Source of the DNA: Octopus vulgaris
Lineage: Eukaryota
Assembly (NCBI GenBank): GCA_951406725.2
Contig: OX597823.1
Coordinates: 55,490,001-55,554,000, forward strand
Length of the DNA: 64,000 bases
Direction of reading: 5' to 3'
Position numbers and translations under genes: made by a program. Position 1 is the stretch's first letter. Each line of letters starts with the position of its first letter. The notes under the pieces are model-generated. The model ran no database searches and had not been told where the DNA came from. It saw only the letters and a program-made list of their open reading frames with translations. Below, in pieces: positions 27,860 to 41,094 of this stretch.

Positions 27860-29185
27860 CATTGGGTCTTATTCTGTCGATACCTTTTGCCAAACTGCTA
27901 AGTTACGGTGACGTAATCAACCCAAACCGATGTCGAATGGTGTTGGCGGGTATACACACACACACACACACACACACAGGTATATATATGCATGTATGCA
28001 TGTATATATACAACAGACTTCCTTTAGTTTCTGTCTATCAAAATCCACTCACAAGACCTTGGTTGGCCCAGGGCTATAGTAGAAGGCACTTGCCTAAGGT
28101 GCTACGCAGTGGGACTGAACATAGACCACCCACAGCCATGTGGTGAAAATCAAAACTTCTTACCAAAACCACACAGCCACATCTTTTCACACAATCTTTC
28201 GTGTAAAATATGTGGCTCTCCATATTCTTTTATTCTTTTATTTGCTTCAGTCATTTTAACTGCGGCCATGCTGGGGCACAGCCTTTAGTCGAACAAATCG
28301 ACCCCAGATCTTATTCTATCAGTCCCGTTTGCCGAACCTCTAAGTTACGGGGACGTAAACACACCAACATCGGGTTGTCAGGCGATAGTGAACACACGTA
28401 CACACACACACATACACACGCACACATATATGTATATACTACGGACTTTCAGTTTCCGTCTACCAAATCTACTCACAAGGCTTTGGTCAGCCCGAGGCAA
28501 TAGTAGAAGACACTTGCCCAAGGTGCCACGCAGTGGGACTGAACCTGCAACCATGTGGTTGGTAAGCAAGCTACTCACCATACAGCCACTCCTGCGCCTA
28601 TATCTAATATAAAATATAAGGTCCACCACCTTCTTAGCAAGCACCATCATCTCGTTGTTCCGTGTGAAATTTTGCCAGAACTGAAACTACTTCAGAAGAC
28701 AATAAAGTCGTAACAAGAAATTTTTCTACGACAAAACACTTTTGATGTCTAGAAAGACAACTAATAGTGTTATTTCATCTGTTATTCTTAAGATTTTTCC
28801 ATTGTTTTTGTTTTGCATTGGGTTTCTTTTTTTTTATTTTATCTCATTTTGCTTTAGAAACATAGTATTAGTCATAGTTATTCGCTATTTAGTAAAGTGA
28901 CTAATTTGTAGACATTCTCAGAATTTCTGTGTTTGTGTTTATTGAAATGTCTGCATTTAGCGTTTATCGTTTTATCTTTTATTTGTTTCAGTCATTAGAC
29001 TGCGGCCATGCTGGGACACTGCCATGAAAAATTTTCAACCGAACGAATAAACTTCAGTACTTTATTTTAAAAGTTGATACTTATTCTATCAGTCTGTTTT
29101 GCCGAACCGCTAAGCTGCGGGACGTAAATAAAATAACGCCGGTTATCAGGTGGCGGTAGTGGTGGGGCACAAACACTGACGTAAA
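27860..29185 (-). mobile_element. Three SINE family B copies (about 27860-28180, 28225-28600, 28970-29185)
   Basis: Repeated gactgcggccatgctgg tail, taagttacggggacgtaaa and agaagacacttgcccaagg blocks. Confidence 0.85.
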
Positions 29186-29311
29186 GACGCCTCTTCTCTG
29201 TCTCTCTCACATGCACTCACTTACTTCGAAGTATACCCCCAAATATAATTGGCAAACCTATATGCATGTTCAATCTCGTGTATAGTTCTGCAAATTATAT
29301 TTTGCTTTGAC

Positions 29312-29385
29312 GGTCACACTGATGAATTGCGGACATTTTCGTATGTAAATATGTAAGTGGTAACAATGAAAACGGGTATGCGACT
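29312..29385 (+). ncRNA. Minimal type I hammerhead motif with a long stem II loop
   Basis: ggtcaca-CTGATGA-attg...caat-GAAA-acgg-GTA-tgcgact: stem II attg/caat, stem I 6/7 paired. Confidence 0.55.
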
Positions 29386-29646
29386 AATCATTATATTTTG
29401 TATCTTTTCATGTCTTTCTCGCTTACGTTCTGGCGTTTGCTGAATTTTCTTGAGAACAATCTTTTCTTAGTGGTCAAACCATATGGGGTCTATATCTAGC
29501 ATATTGGATGTCCACTTAGTGGTCATTCCTCTTATATGTATGTAATATAATTTTTCTGAATCTTCAAATTTTTTCAAAATGCTAGGCGAGTGGTTTAAGT
29601 TGATATAAATCAAATTAATATTCAATTTTTTACCCTTATTATTTAA

Positions 29647-29719
<73 letters not shown>

Positions 29720-29754
29720 GTCTAATATAGCAGCATTTTCAAACTTCATTTTTT

Positions 29755-29798
<44 letters not shown>

Positions 29799-30661
29799 GT
29801 ATTCTCTTAGTTTCCGTTTATCAAATGCGCTTACAAAGTTTTGGTTTGCCCGGAGCTATAGTGGAAAACACTTGCCAAGACCATATGGTTGGGAAGCAAG
29901 CTTCTTGACACACAGCCACACCTGCGGCTATAAAGATTTTCAGGTGGCAGCGGTGGAATGTGAAGATTTTCCGTGCGCTTTTGGAGAAGCTTGACCCATC
30001 TAGAGAATCCTATTTCTTTTATGTTCCTTTATCTACAATTTCTCAAACCCGGGGCTACGATTTTAGCCACAACTAGTTGTTACCAATTTGGAAAGTTAAA
30101 ACCCTGTTCACGAACGTAAGGAAACAGAAATATTCGTAATTACCTCCCTGGCTTATTCGGTTATGCAATACGGATTAATATTATTAATCACCCCACTTAG
30201 CCCCGCTGTTGGTATTTCTCATATTGCATATACTTGAATAAATAACCCACATTATTTCTTATTCACATTCATATATACATATATGCATGTTTACAAGCAC
30301 GCATACAAATTTTAATACACTCCAAAATAATGTAAACATACGCTTCATATAGCATTATCATCATCCTCAAGTTGACGCGAAACATCTTCATGCAGTGTAT
30401 ATCTGTTCCAGATCATCGCAGAGTTATTTTAGTCAATTAATTGGTAATCGCAGAAAAGATCATCAGGAAGAGAGAATTTCATGAGAAGATCACAGTCGAC
30501 CCGCAGGATGTTTTCTTCACTTTCATAAGTATCTCTGTATGAGAGATAGTCGATACAAGGCTTTACAGTATTTGTTCCGACTCTCTGCTCTTTGAGTTCA
30601 AATCCCCTCGAAGTTAACCTTCTTCTTCTTCTTCTTCTTCTTCTTCTTCTTCTTCTTTCTT

Positions 30662-30718
<57 letters not shown>

Positions 30719-31311
30719 GATGTACAACTTTCTCTCTAGACGAAAATTCCGCCTGGTTTAAAATATCCCAGACAAGCCTTGTGTCACGCTAAAGAACCAA
30801 GCCGACTTTATTGGGAGACGAGAATTCAAGGCAATCTATTTAGCTATCGACATGTAGGGAGGTGTTTATCCATTCGTGAAAAATGGTCCAGTTCACCATT
30901 TTGACTGCAAAACCTAGATTACTCTCCGAACTGCAGGGCTTTATTATTAAAGTGCGCATGGTTTATGGTGAGCCATTCGCACGCTTTCGTCGTTCAAACT
31001 TGTACTGACCTGGTGCGGCAAATGCTATAACCCTAGTAGTTATGAAGCTGAAGGATTTCAATGGTGTTATCTCCACTTAGATGAGCAACTTAAAAGCCGA
31101 AGAGATTCATCTGCTCTAGGTGCATTGGAGTACCTATGAGAGACCTGCTTCCGGAAGCAATTCCATGACATGCTAATTGACTCATATTTGCGACCCTGAC
31201 TGGAACTACAAGTCTGGGTCAGAGTAGGTACCACACTCCTCGAAATGTTGGAACACCCGAATACACTACCGGAAACAGTTACAGTTATAACTATGAAAAA
31301 GAGCTATTATT

Positions 31312-31668
31312 GTAACGATATAGAAGACAGAAGACAGCACGCCGGAGTGTTCACTGTTGATGATGTAATATATAGATATACAAGCCTAACTCGCACAACG
31401 AACGAACTTTGTAATTAAAGTTTGATGCTATCATAGTAACGATATAAAAGATAGAGAAGATAGCACGCCCGAGTGTTCAGCTGTCGCCGATGTATACAGA
31501 TATACAAGGCTAACTCGCACAACGAACGATCTCTTTTAAATAAAGTTTGATGCTATCATAGTAACGATATAAAAGACAGAGAAGACAGCACGGCTAAGTG
31601 TTAAGCTGTTACTGATGTAAACAGATACACAAGGCTAACTCGCACAACGAACAAACTCTTAAAGTTTG
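31312..31668. repeat. Tandem repeat, three units of about 124 bp
   Basis: gtaacgatata at about 31312, 31436 and 31561; ctaactcgcacaacgaac in all three units. Confidence 0.92.
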
Positions 31669-31934
31669 TAAAGCAATGTCATTCGTGCTATAGGAAATAA
31701 ATCTAATGGACTCCGCAGTTAGTGTATAAGAGTTGTTCTTGTAGCAGCAATGTGTCTCCTGAGATATAATCTGTTGATTTTTAACAGCCTCAGGTTCGGC
31801 TTCGGTCAAGTGCAATGCATTAGGGAGACTTGAATGAAAGTACACATTTGTGTGTGTGTATGTATGTGTGTGCGTGTGTGTGCGTGCATGTGTGTGTTTG
31901 TATTCATATGTGTGTGTATATAAATGTGTTTGTG

Positions 31935-31982
<48 letters not shown>

Positions 31983-32544
31983 TAGATAGATAGATAGATA
32001 GACAGATAAATAGATAGATAGATACATACATACATACATATATGTATGTATATTAATGTATGTATGCATGCATACATGTATGGTAAGAGGTATGTTTGTA
32101 TATCCTTATGTATATACATTTATATCTGCGTGTACGTGAAATTATGTGTATGTATATATGTGTGAGTGAATGGGTTGTCCTCTTTTTCTATCTCTCTCTC
32201 CCTTACCCTCTCCCTCTTACACGCACATAAACACAAAATTCTTTGGGTGGTAAGTGGCGGTATCCTTCCGGCACACACAACGAAATTTTCGCGTCGGTGG
32301 GTAACATCATTTCCCGGCTGTTATGCCTACAGTACGGATGTGTAGTGCACACAAGATGACCGAATGCATCGAACAGAGACCATAAGCCCATGTCTCATCA
32401 CCAGTGACGATGGTCTTCGTGAATTCCGGGTTGTGGCTTGCACAGTCCAGCATGTCTTGGGGTCATGTTCATGCGGAATTGCTTCTGCTGCTACTGTTGC
32501 TGTTGCTGTTGCTGCTGTTGAGCGAACTGTCTTCGTCCCTATAG

Positions 32545-32743
32545 TGGGAGAAGTCTGAAACGTGGTCCTTTGCTATTCGTAAGACCTGCAGAAGAGAAAG
32601 CCGGCCAACCCCGACACCGAGAGCATCGACGGATGGATGAATGCGCATCCAGGATCAGCGGTTGCGTAGGAAGTCGGGGACAAGAAACAGGAAGAAAGAG
32701 TGAGAGAAAGTTGGAGCGAAAGAGTACAACAGGGGTCGCCACC
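32545..32743 (-). mobile_element. SINE family C-related body with a different 3' tail
   Basis: 32680-32743 is the reverse complement of the ggtggtgatccctgctgtactctttc...cctgtttct block of the 19023 copy. Confidence 0.6.
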
Positions 32744-33175
32744 GGCGAGCTCGCATTACACGTCCGTAATGTAAGCGTATAAGCCGGGAACTGAAGCGGC
32801 CTACCGGCGCAAAAGCTTTTATATGTGCACGGAAAGGATGGGGCCATCTACCACTTAAAGGATTTTACCCAAGTAACATTAGTTTTGGCGGGAAAATAAA
32901 AGGCGTATACTTTTTGACGGCACCTCGTTTATATACATACAAACACATATATATACATGCATACACACACACACATATATATATATTTACATAAATAAGG
33001 ATAAGATCGTTATTTAAATTAACGATTTTATCAGGTGGCTAGCATGGGAATAAAAACCTCAAAGGTAATAATTATTATTAAAATTATAATTAAAGGTATC
33101 TAAATGAACATTTAATGTGGTTTTAGAGTCAAGTTTTGGCTGCTATATCTAGCATGGTGGTATCTTTTAGATACC

Positions 33176-33213
<38 letters not shown>

Positions 33214-33325
33214 CATATATATATATATACACGTATATGTATACGTACATGTATACATACATGCACACATACGAGTGTGCTTTGGGGATATGTATATACA
33301 TGCTGTCAAATACACGTTTATATTT

Positions 33326-33384
<59 letters not shown>

Positions 33385-33678
33385 TGCATCTTACAGTTGT
33401 AAGAGCACAATAGAGAGGCAAATTGCATAAAACTTATCTGAATTTGTCCCGTGGGAATAATTTCATTCCGTGCTATTAACTAATTAGTTTACAGCTGATA
33501 TGAATATATTTTGAGGCTATTCTTTAATGTTCAGTAGTAAGCATTTCAATGTATTCCCAAAGGCGCTACAGTGGTTGTACGTCTGTATGTCTGTTAGTTG
33601 ACAGATAAGAGATAACTGGTAGCATGCTATCAATGGCACTCGTATGTCAGTCACATTATCTCTGTCTGTGTCTGTGTG

Positions 33679-33724
<46 letters not shown>

Positions 33725-33918
33725 CAATATTGACGACAGTGGCCATTATGTCACTGAAGTTAGATTGCTGATAGCCAAGAAAATAGCGTCTGATTTAGTC
33801 AGACGACCGACTAGATGTAGCAGCGAAATCTTTTTGAAATCACGCACTCTGTGGTTTTTGAAATTGTGAAGGACATATTAGATAATGTAGATGTGGCTAC
33901 ATTTGCAAATACATAGAT

Positions 33919-33952
<34 letters not shown>

Positions 33953-33985
33953 ATGGGAAAATTTAATCATCACTAATATATTTCC

Positions 33986-34062
33986 ATTGGTGACAGGAAG
34001 TTAAAGTTAGATACGCCATCAATACTATAAAAGGCGACAGGAAGTGGAAACCCACTTCCTGT
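33986..34062 (+). promoter_or_regulatory. Promoter-like module: inverted CCAAT, ETS sites, TATA
   Basis: attgg 33986, acaggaagt 33993, tataaaag 34026, perfect inverted repeat acaggaagtgg-aaac-ccacttcctgt 34037-34062. Confidence 0.35.
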
Positions 34063-34949
34063 GATGAAACGTGCAGGATGTACGAGGAGATTATTGAAGT
34101 AGTCTATTGAAGAGAGCTAAGACATGGCAACTACAGCACGATGTCGTGGAAAAAATACCAATGCCAGAGATGATAGTGCAAAAGATTCGCATTTCAAAGA
34201 GGAAGATCACCACGTAAAAACTTTAAGGCTTGCCTACCAGGAACAAGGGATACAATGGGGCCAGGCACTCAAGCGTCCACTGTCCTGTGCGCTATCTCTA
34301 ACTTCTTAACAGTCCCAAATAAACTTACAAGAGAACTCATTCTGCAAGCAGTGTTGAGCAATTTTTTGCACTCAGTACCACTTTGGTCGAATGTCCCAGT
34401 ACACTGGGAGATCAATACAAGGTCCTTACAAAAATTACCAGATGAATACTCCTGCAGAGAGACAAGAGTAACAAACAGCAGTCGTCACCACCCAAGAATA
34501 TCGGATTCCTTAAGGAGTGTGAAAAGGTTTCTACGGCGAATGCAGCAGTAGGCGACTTGTCTTCATTTTTAATCAAACTTCAGACAGAGAGAGGTGAGTC
34601 CATGCCGTCATATAGCGTCGCAGAACACTGGGCAAATAGACGGGTTTAGTTGCTTAGTCTGGGTACTAGGACAGAGTTACGAATATGGTGGCTAGTCTCT
34701 CTTAGAAACTGAGAGGACGCTACCCCTTATTTTGCCACCTGGCTGTCGTGTCTTATTCAGTTTTCCTGTAGCTTTATTAAAGCTCCCGTTTTTCTTTTCA
34801 GACGGTCCAGCTGCTTCTAACATTATGTGCAAAAGGCTCAGTATGCAATAGTTGCTCGTATGGACATGTACTAAGACTCCGTAAGCTGAAAATATTCTTT
34901 GATACAGAGAGGATGTAGTGACTCATTGTTAAGTATGACTTTCCACAAC

Positions 34950-35600
34950 TGATGGCTTTGAGACATTGGAAAATATTGGTTAAGTAAAGATCGAAGTAGG
35001 GCACCAGGCATTTGGAATGTTGTCAGGTTCTCACAGCCCTTCAACAGTCGGGCTATATAGCCAGTGGCACTACCACCTTAGCAATTTATAGAGAACTAAT
35101 GCCGGAGATGTTGCTGTCGAGGAAATCTGAGGGCATCGCCGAGAGTGAACTAGTCGGTTTGTTCTAGAGGATTCTTTACCTAAGAACTATGGACAACTTT
35201 CAGATAGTTTTGACCTGGCAGTTCTATAGAGTACCATATACCAGTACCAGATGCCGTCAAACAGGCCTGGATAAGATGCAGGCAGTGCGATGAAACAGTT
35301 CTATACACAGTCGTTCAGTGACCAAACATTACTGATTTATGTTGCGTGTATTACAGAACCATTTACCAGCCAATTTCAAGACAAATTTATCTTCGCCACC
35401 TTCAATTAATCAGAAATAGCAGACAGTCTTCCAATGGCTGATGGTTATAGCGAAATAGTTTTGTATGGTGGGCGAGAATGAAAAGGCTGAAGACAGATAT
35501 TTTCTTCTTCGGTCACGCCTTCATCAGTTTTCTAGCTTCCACAAAGAAATGAAAGTTAGAATGGAGATGTTTGCTTCCAGAACTTTTGTTTAAAACGGTG
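34950..35600 (+). mobile_element. Decayed Tx1/L1-type LINE ORF2 C-terminal region
   Basis: Fragments SGTTTLAIYREL, MDNFQIVLTWQFYR, DETVLYTVVQ*P (CCHC zinc knuckle remnant, compare ETxxHxxxxC) and VWWARMKRLKTD. Confidence 0.6.
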
Positions 35601-35976
35601 CTCTCGAGAGGGTTCCGCTCTCAACATGTACCTGTAGGTCGGAGAATGATGTTTGGAAGAAGGTGTTTGCTTTCTCCCATTAATCATTCATGTTTGGGTA
35701 TTCATGATAACCATAGATGATACTGGATCTTCGAGGTTCCTTTATTGACCCTCGGTAGCGATTATCCATTCTGAGGACTATAACACATATTTGTTTACTC
35801 TCTGTATATTTTAATTACATTCCTTTCTCGTAGTTTCTTAGGCAAATCCCAACATTCTTTTGTGCGACTTTCAGCCCTCGTCCAGGTAGTAAATATATTT
35901 AATCTCCTCCTCCTCCTCCTGATCATCATCAAAACCTCTCACAATACACACACACACACGCACACACACACACACG

Positions 35977-36025
<49 letters not shown>

Positions 36026-36090
36026 TCTTTGTTTTGTCCTGTACTGTCCATAATGTTTTTTTCTTATTAACCCTTGTGGTTAATAAAAGA

Positions 36091-36139
<49 letters not shown>

Positions 36140-36861
36140 GTGAATCATCTCTCTTAAATCTGAACTTTAACTTAAGCTGTCTGTTGTATGATGAAACTGA
36201 AAAGGTGTACTTGCTGTTGTTTGTTTTTGTTGTTGTTTATGATGATGATGATGATGATGATGATGATCATCATCATCATCATCATCATCATGTTGTTGTT
36301 GTTGTTGTTGTTGTTGTTATTGTTGTTGTATTGCTGTTGTTAATATTTCGAAACACATATATTCAGTTATTCATGTCCATGCGGTAACGTTCTGCTTTCC
36401 ACTTTCCGATCACGATATTCTTTTGATCGATTTCTATATTCGCAAATCAAAACCCGTCTGTCTTAATGTTTGTCTTTTTTTGTACGCCTGTCCGTCTGTT
36501 TGTCTGTGTTTGTCTTTCGCATTGTTTGTCTGGCTGGCTGGCTCTCTGTATTTACTTCTCTCCCCCACCTCCCTCTCTCCTTCTCGCCTTCTCTCCCTCC
36601 CCCTCTCTCTTTCTCGCTTTCTGCTTTGTTTGTGTTTGTTTTTTTGCGTTATTTGTACAATGATACACATTGCCTTCAAACATCATTTGAATATAAACTA
36701 GAGAGAGATGAACGTAAAGCATAAATTACATAAGTCAACATACAATACCTAGGTGCTTTTGTGTTTGTGTGTATACATACGTACAAACACACACACACAC
36801 ACACATCATATGCGCACACACACACATATATGTACAAAAGGTTTTATGTAAATATATATAT

Positions 36862-37081
36862 ATTTCTTTATTGCCCACAAGGGGCTAAACATAGAGGGGA
36901 CAAACAAGGACAGACAAAGGGATTAAGTCGATTATATCGACCCAGTGCGAAACTGGTACTTTATTTATCGACCCCGAGAGGATGAAAGGCAAAGTCGACC
37001 CCGGCGGAATTTGAACTCAGAACGTAACGACAGACGAAATACCGCTAAGCAAAGCATTTCATCCGGCGCGCTAACGTTTCT

Positions 37082-37082
<1 letters not shown>
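36862..37082 (-). mobile_element. SINE family A
   Basis: Near-consensus body and tail; head interrupted by (CA)n. Confidence 0.9.
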
Positions 37083-37170
<88 letters not shown>

Positions 37171-37619
37171 ACACACGCACAGACACAATCACATGAATGT
37201 GTGCATGATCAGCGCCTACTTTCCAGAAATTAACGTCTTGTGTGATTTAACAAATATCTACTTTTATTCACAGGCTTACAGGGCTGGAGAACTACAATCT
37301 ACCCTGATAGGTTAAGCTTACCGCTCCTATATAAAGCAATTTACTCGGAAGGCCACCCCAACATAAAACCTACAGATTGCTGATCAACGCACCCGTATTA
37401 ACCCACTGAACCCTAAAGAGTGGGGTCGGATTAGGCGGACTCACTCTCAATTGGAAACATGCTCAGCGTAGGCAGGAAGAAAATCTCTGCAGCGTCAAAG
37501 ATCGGTTTCTACAGCAACATGAAGGCGTGCTGTTATATTTGACCTTCGGTCATGAAAAAGACTGACGTCATCAGTTATATTTAAATTTTTTAGGTGAAGA
37601 ATGTGATATGAAGAAAGTG

Positions 37620-37970
37620 AGAATGAATGAATGTGTGAGTGAGTGAGTGAGCGAGTAAATCAGTGAGTGAGTGAATGAGTGAATGAGCGAGTGAGCGTGT
37701 TAGTGAATGAGTGAGTGAGTGAGTGAGTGAATGAGTGAGTGAGTGAGTGAGTGAGTGAGCGAGTGAGCGAGTGAGTAAGTGAGTGAGTAAGTGAGTGAGT
37801 GAGCGAGTAAGGGAGTGAATGAGTGAGTGAGTGAGTGGGCGAGTGAGCGAGTAAGTAAGTGAATGAGTGAGTGAGTTAGTGAGTGAATGAGTGAGCGAGC
37901 GAGTGAGTGAGTGAGTGAATGATTAAGTGAGTGATCGAATGAGTGAGTGAGAGAGAGAGAGAGAGAGAGA
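37620..37970. repeat. (GAGT/GAAT/GAGC)n tetranucleotide array
   Basis: Seen directly. Confidence 0.95.
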
Positions 37971-38139
37971 GAATGATAAAAAATGAGTAAGAGAGAAGGA
38001 GAGAGAAAATGAGTGTGTAGATGAATGAGTATGCTGAGTAGGAGAGAAGGACGAAGGTGATATGAAAAGAGGAAAGACAAGATTCTAGACAACTGAGCGG
38101 AAATCATTTGTTGTCTATTTTTTTTACTTGTTTCAGTCA

Positions 38140-38690
38140 GTGGTGCTTTTATTTTCACTGTATTGAAAGTATTTTACATAGGATGTGTGCGGTGCCTATT
38201 AGTGCTATTTTCTGTATGTTATATATTTTTTTTTTTTTTTTTTTTTTTTTGTACTTGTTTCAGTCATTTGACTGCGGCCATGCTGGAGCACCGCCTTTAG
38301 AGTGGTGAAAGAGTACAGCAGGGATCACCACCTCCTGCCGGAGCCTCGTGGAGCTTTTTTAGGTGTTTTTTTCGCTCAATAAACACACACAATGCCCGGT
38401 CTGGGAATCGAAACCACGATCCTCCGACCGCAAGTCCGCTGCCCTAACCACTAGGCCATTGCGCCTCCACATATATATATATATATATATATATACTTAT
38501 AAGTCCTGGTGTTTTTGTTATGTATTTGTCTGAATATTTTATTTTTATCATACCTAATGCGCCTACTATGATAGGAATTGTTTCTGTTTTTAGGCTCCAT
38601 GTTCGAATTACCTCTATTTCCAAATCTTTGTATTTTGAAAGTTTCTCTGTTTCTTTTAGAGAAACATTGTAATCTGCTGGTATTCATACA
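38140..38690 (-). mobile_element. R4/Dong-like (RLE) LINE 3' end, split by a SINE insertion
   Basis: Minus translation ...WSLKTETIPIIVGALGMIK... and, after the insertion, NIQKIALIGTAHILCKILSIQ*. Confidence 0.8.
38228..38470 (-). mobile_element. Chimeric SINE: family C head, family B tail, poly(A)
   Basis: 38301-38470 matches the head of the 19023 copy; 38251-38300 matches the B tail; poly-T at 38227-38250; flanked by TA runs. Confidence 0.85.
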
Positions 38691-38943
38691 CCGATTAGAA
38701 AGTATGTATTATTTTTTCTTCACTAGATGACACTCTTTAAATTTTGAGTTTAAATCTTCAGGAGGAGTTACGTCAATCCTTTATATATTAACCAAAATGA
38801 AGTAGATTGACAAATTTATTTTTTGAACCAGTTGAAGACACACAAGATGTCGAAATATCGTTCACTAGATAACAATGGCACTCTTAATTTTGACTCCATA
38901 TCTTTAGGAGTCACCTCAATACTTTCTATATTACTACTATTAC

Positions 38944-39012
<69 letters not shown>

Positions 39013-39059
39013 CAATTTTACTTTTAATCTGTATCCTTGTTATAGCCACTTGACGAGAC

Positions 39060-39650
39060 ACACCCAGCGTCCTGGGGAAGAATAAGAGATATTACAGTAT
39101 GACTGAAAGCTTGGGGAGAGGAGGTAGTGCAATATCTTCATGTAATACAACACAGGATAGGGTTTTTCTAAGGATGTGCACAGTACTTGTCAGCACAATC
39201 TTTTGGATTTCTCTGAGAGATGGGTTTCCTAGGATCTTATCTAGATGTTTCTGACATCCCTTTTTTTATCATGCCTAGGGCACCTACAATATCAGGAACA
39301 GTTTTGCGTTTTAAGATGCCACATTTATTGCATTTCAATTTCCAGGTCCTTATAATTACTTAGTTTGTCAAATTCCTTGACATATATTTTTATCAGTGAG
39401 AACACATATATCTAGAAGTCTACAAATATTCTCTTCTCTGTCTTTAATAATTATGACTGGTCGATTAGCTTGGATCGTTCTGTCAATGTTAACTGGAAAA
39501 TCCCTGAGATAGTGGCATTATTATCTGCAACGACTGGCTCAAAATGATGTTCATACCAGTAAGCAGGAGGGCTGATATTGTAGTGTTTACATATTTTCCA
39601 ATGTAAATATTGTCCTACACTATCGTGGCGATTTTTATATTCGTGTGGTG
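39060..39650 (-). mobile_element. R4/Dong-like LINE 3' fragment with a restriction-like endonuclease domain
   Basis: YKNRHDSVGQYLHWKICKHY...WYEH, then ANRPVIII, KYKDL-like NYKDLEIE, IVGALGMIKK and EIQKIVLTSTVHILRK; lies next to (ATT)n. Confidence 0.85.
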
Positions 39651-39668
39651 TAAAAGAGTAAAAGAGTA

Positions 39669-39724
<56 letters not shown>

Positions 39725-39975
39725 TTATTGAGCAAGGGAAGACAAAAAGATTCAAGAATGGGAAGCTATTAAACTTGAATGCAAACATAAATTGCAAAAC
39801 AAAAAACCTCATCTACTGCATCACATGCCCATAATGCAATGAAAACTACATTGGAGAGACAGAATGGAAACTGACCAGCCGTGTAAATGTGCATAAACAA
39901 CAAATTAGGAATTCGTTTCTTAGGAATGTCCCATGCTGTGAACATCTAGATATCTGTGTAAATGGACAATTTTAG

Positions 39976-40189
39976 ATTTTTTTTTTCTTACTTGTTTTCA
40001 GTCATTTGACTGTGGCCATGCTGGAAGCACCGCCTTTAATTGAGCAACTCGACCCCGGGACTTATTCTTTGTAAGCCCAGTACTTATTCTATCGGTCTCT
40101 TTTGCCGAACTGCTAAGTGACAGGGACATAAACACCAGCATCGGTTGTCAAGCAATGCTAGGGGGACAAACAGAGACACATAAACACAT

Positions 40190-40222
<33 letters not shown>

Positions 40223-40397
40223 CATATATACGACAGACTTCTTTCAGTTTCCGTCTACCAAATCCACTCACAAGGCTTTGGTCGGCCCGAGGCTATAGTA
40301 GAAGACACTTACCCAGGGTGTCACGCAGTGGGACTGAACCCGGAACCATGTGGTTGGTAAACAAGCTACTTACCACACAGCCACTCCTGTGCCTATA
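39976..40397 (-). mobile_element. Young full-length SINE family B inserted in the GIY-YIG ORF
   Basis: Complete head (ggcacaggagtggctgtgtggtaag on the minus strand) through to the A-rich tail. Confidence 0.92.
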
Positions 40398-40667
40398 TTC
40401 CCATTTTACAAAATAAACGACGAAAACATCCAAATACGAAAAGCAAAATAAGAATGCTTTATAAGAATACTGAATCCGAAATCAAACAGAAAATAGCCAA
40501 CACTCCATATAATAAATAATGGTTATAGAATGATTACGGTTAACTACGACAGACAAAGGAAGAAAATTTCATGAAAACGTTAAGTCTGAAAATGAACCGG
40601 AAATAATTAATACAACCATTGCTACAAAAATAGCAACTTCCTCTTTCAAACATTATCCGAGAGCATA

Positions 40668-40702
40668 TGTGTTTGAAAAGATTAATGGAAAGCGCTCACA
40701 CA
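40668..40702 (+). ncRNA. Minimal hammerhead motif, U3-A8 core variant, in the Penelope pLTR
   Basis: tgtgt-TTGAAAA-gattaatg-GAAA-gcgc-TC-acaca: 5-bp stem I, palindromic AGCGCT stem III; stem II is weak. Confidence 0.55.
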
Positions 40703-41054
40703 CACTAGGGAAAAGTTTCTTCCAAAAAGGTTAGTGAGGCCCTGATATAAGACTTTATAACCGTGTGTGTGTGTGTGTTTGCGTGCGTGTGTGTGTACAT
40801 ATATTTATACAAACATACAAAGGCAAAATGCAAACATTTATATATTCATTAACATATTCACAAGTGCGCGCGCGCACACACACACACACATACACACACG
40901 CACATACACACTTATATTTATCTTTGAATATATGTGTATGCATGCATTTGTATGTGTGAATGAATATATTTATGCAAGCAGCCATGCATTTATTTATATT
41001 CTGCATATGATTATGCGTGTTTGTCCGTGCACGATTGTGTGTGTGTGTGTGTGT

Positions 41055-41094
<40 letters not shown>

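Larger units (their letters stand above)
39724..40760 (+). mobile_element. Penelope-like element 3' part: GIY-YIG endonuclease remnant and pseudo-LTR
   Basis: NCKTKNLIYCITCP*CNENYIGETEWKLTSRVNVHKQQI...CEHLDIC, resuming after a SINE as FPFYKI...K*ECFIRILNP; hammerhead motif downstream. Confidence 0.85.

Noticed and set aside
31312-31668. CRISPR-like repeat/spacer appearance
   Set aside because: The intervening segments are homologous to each other, the context is eukaryotic and there are no cas genes.
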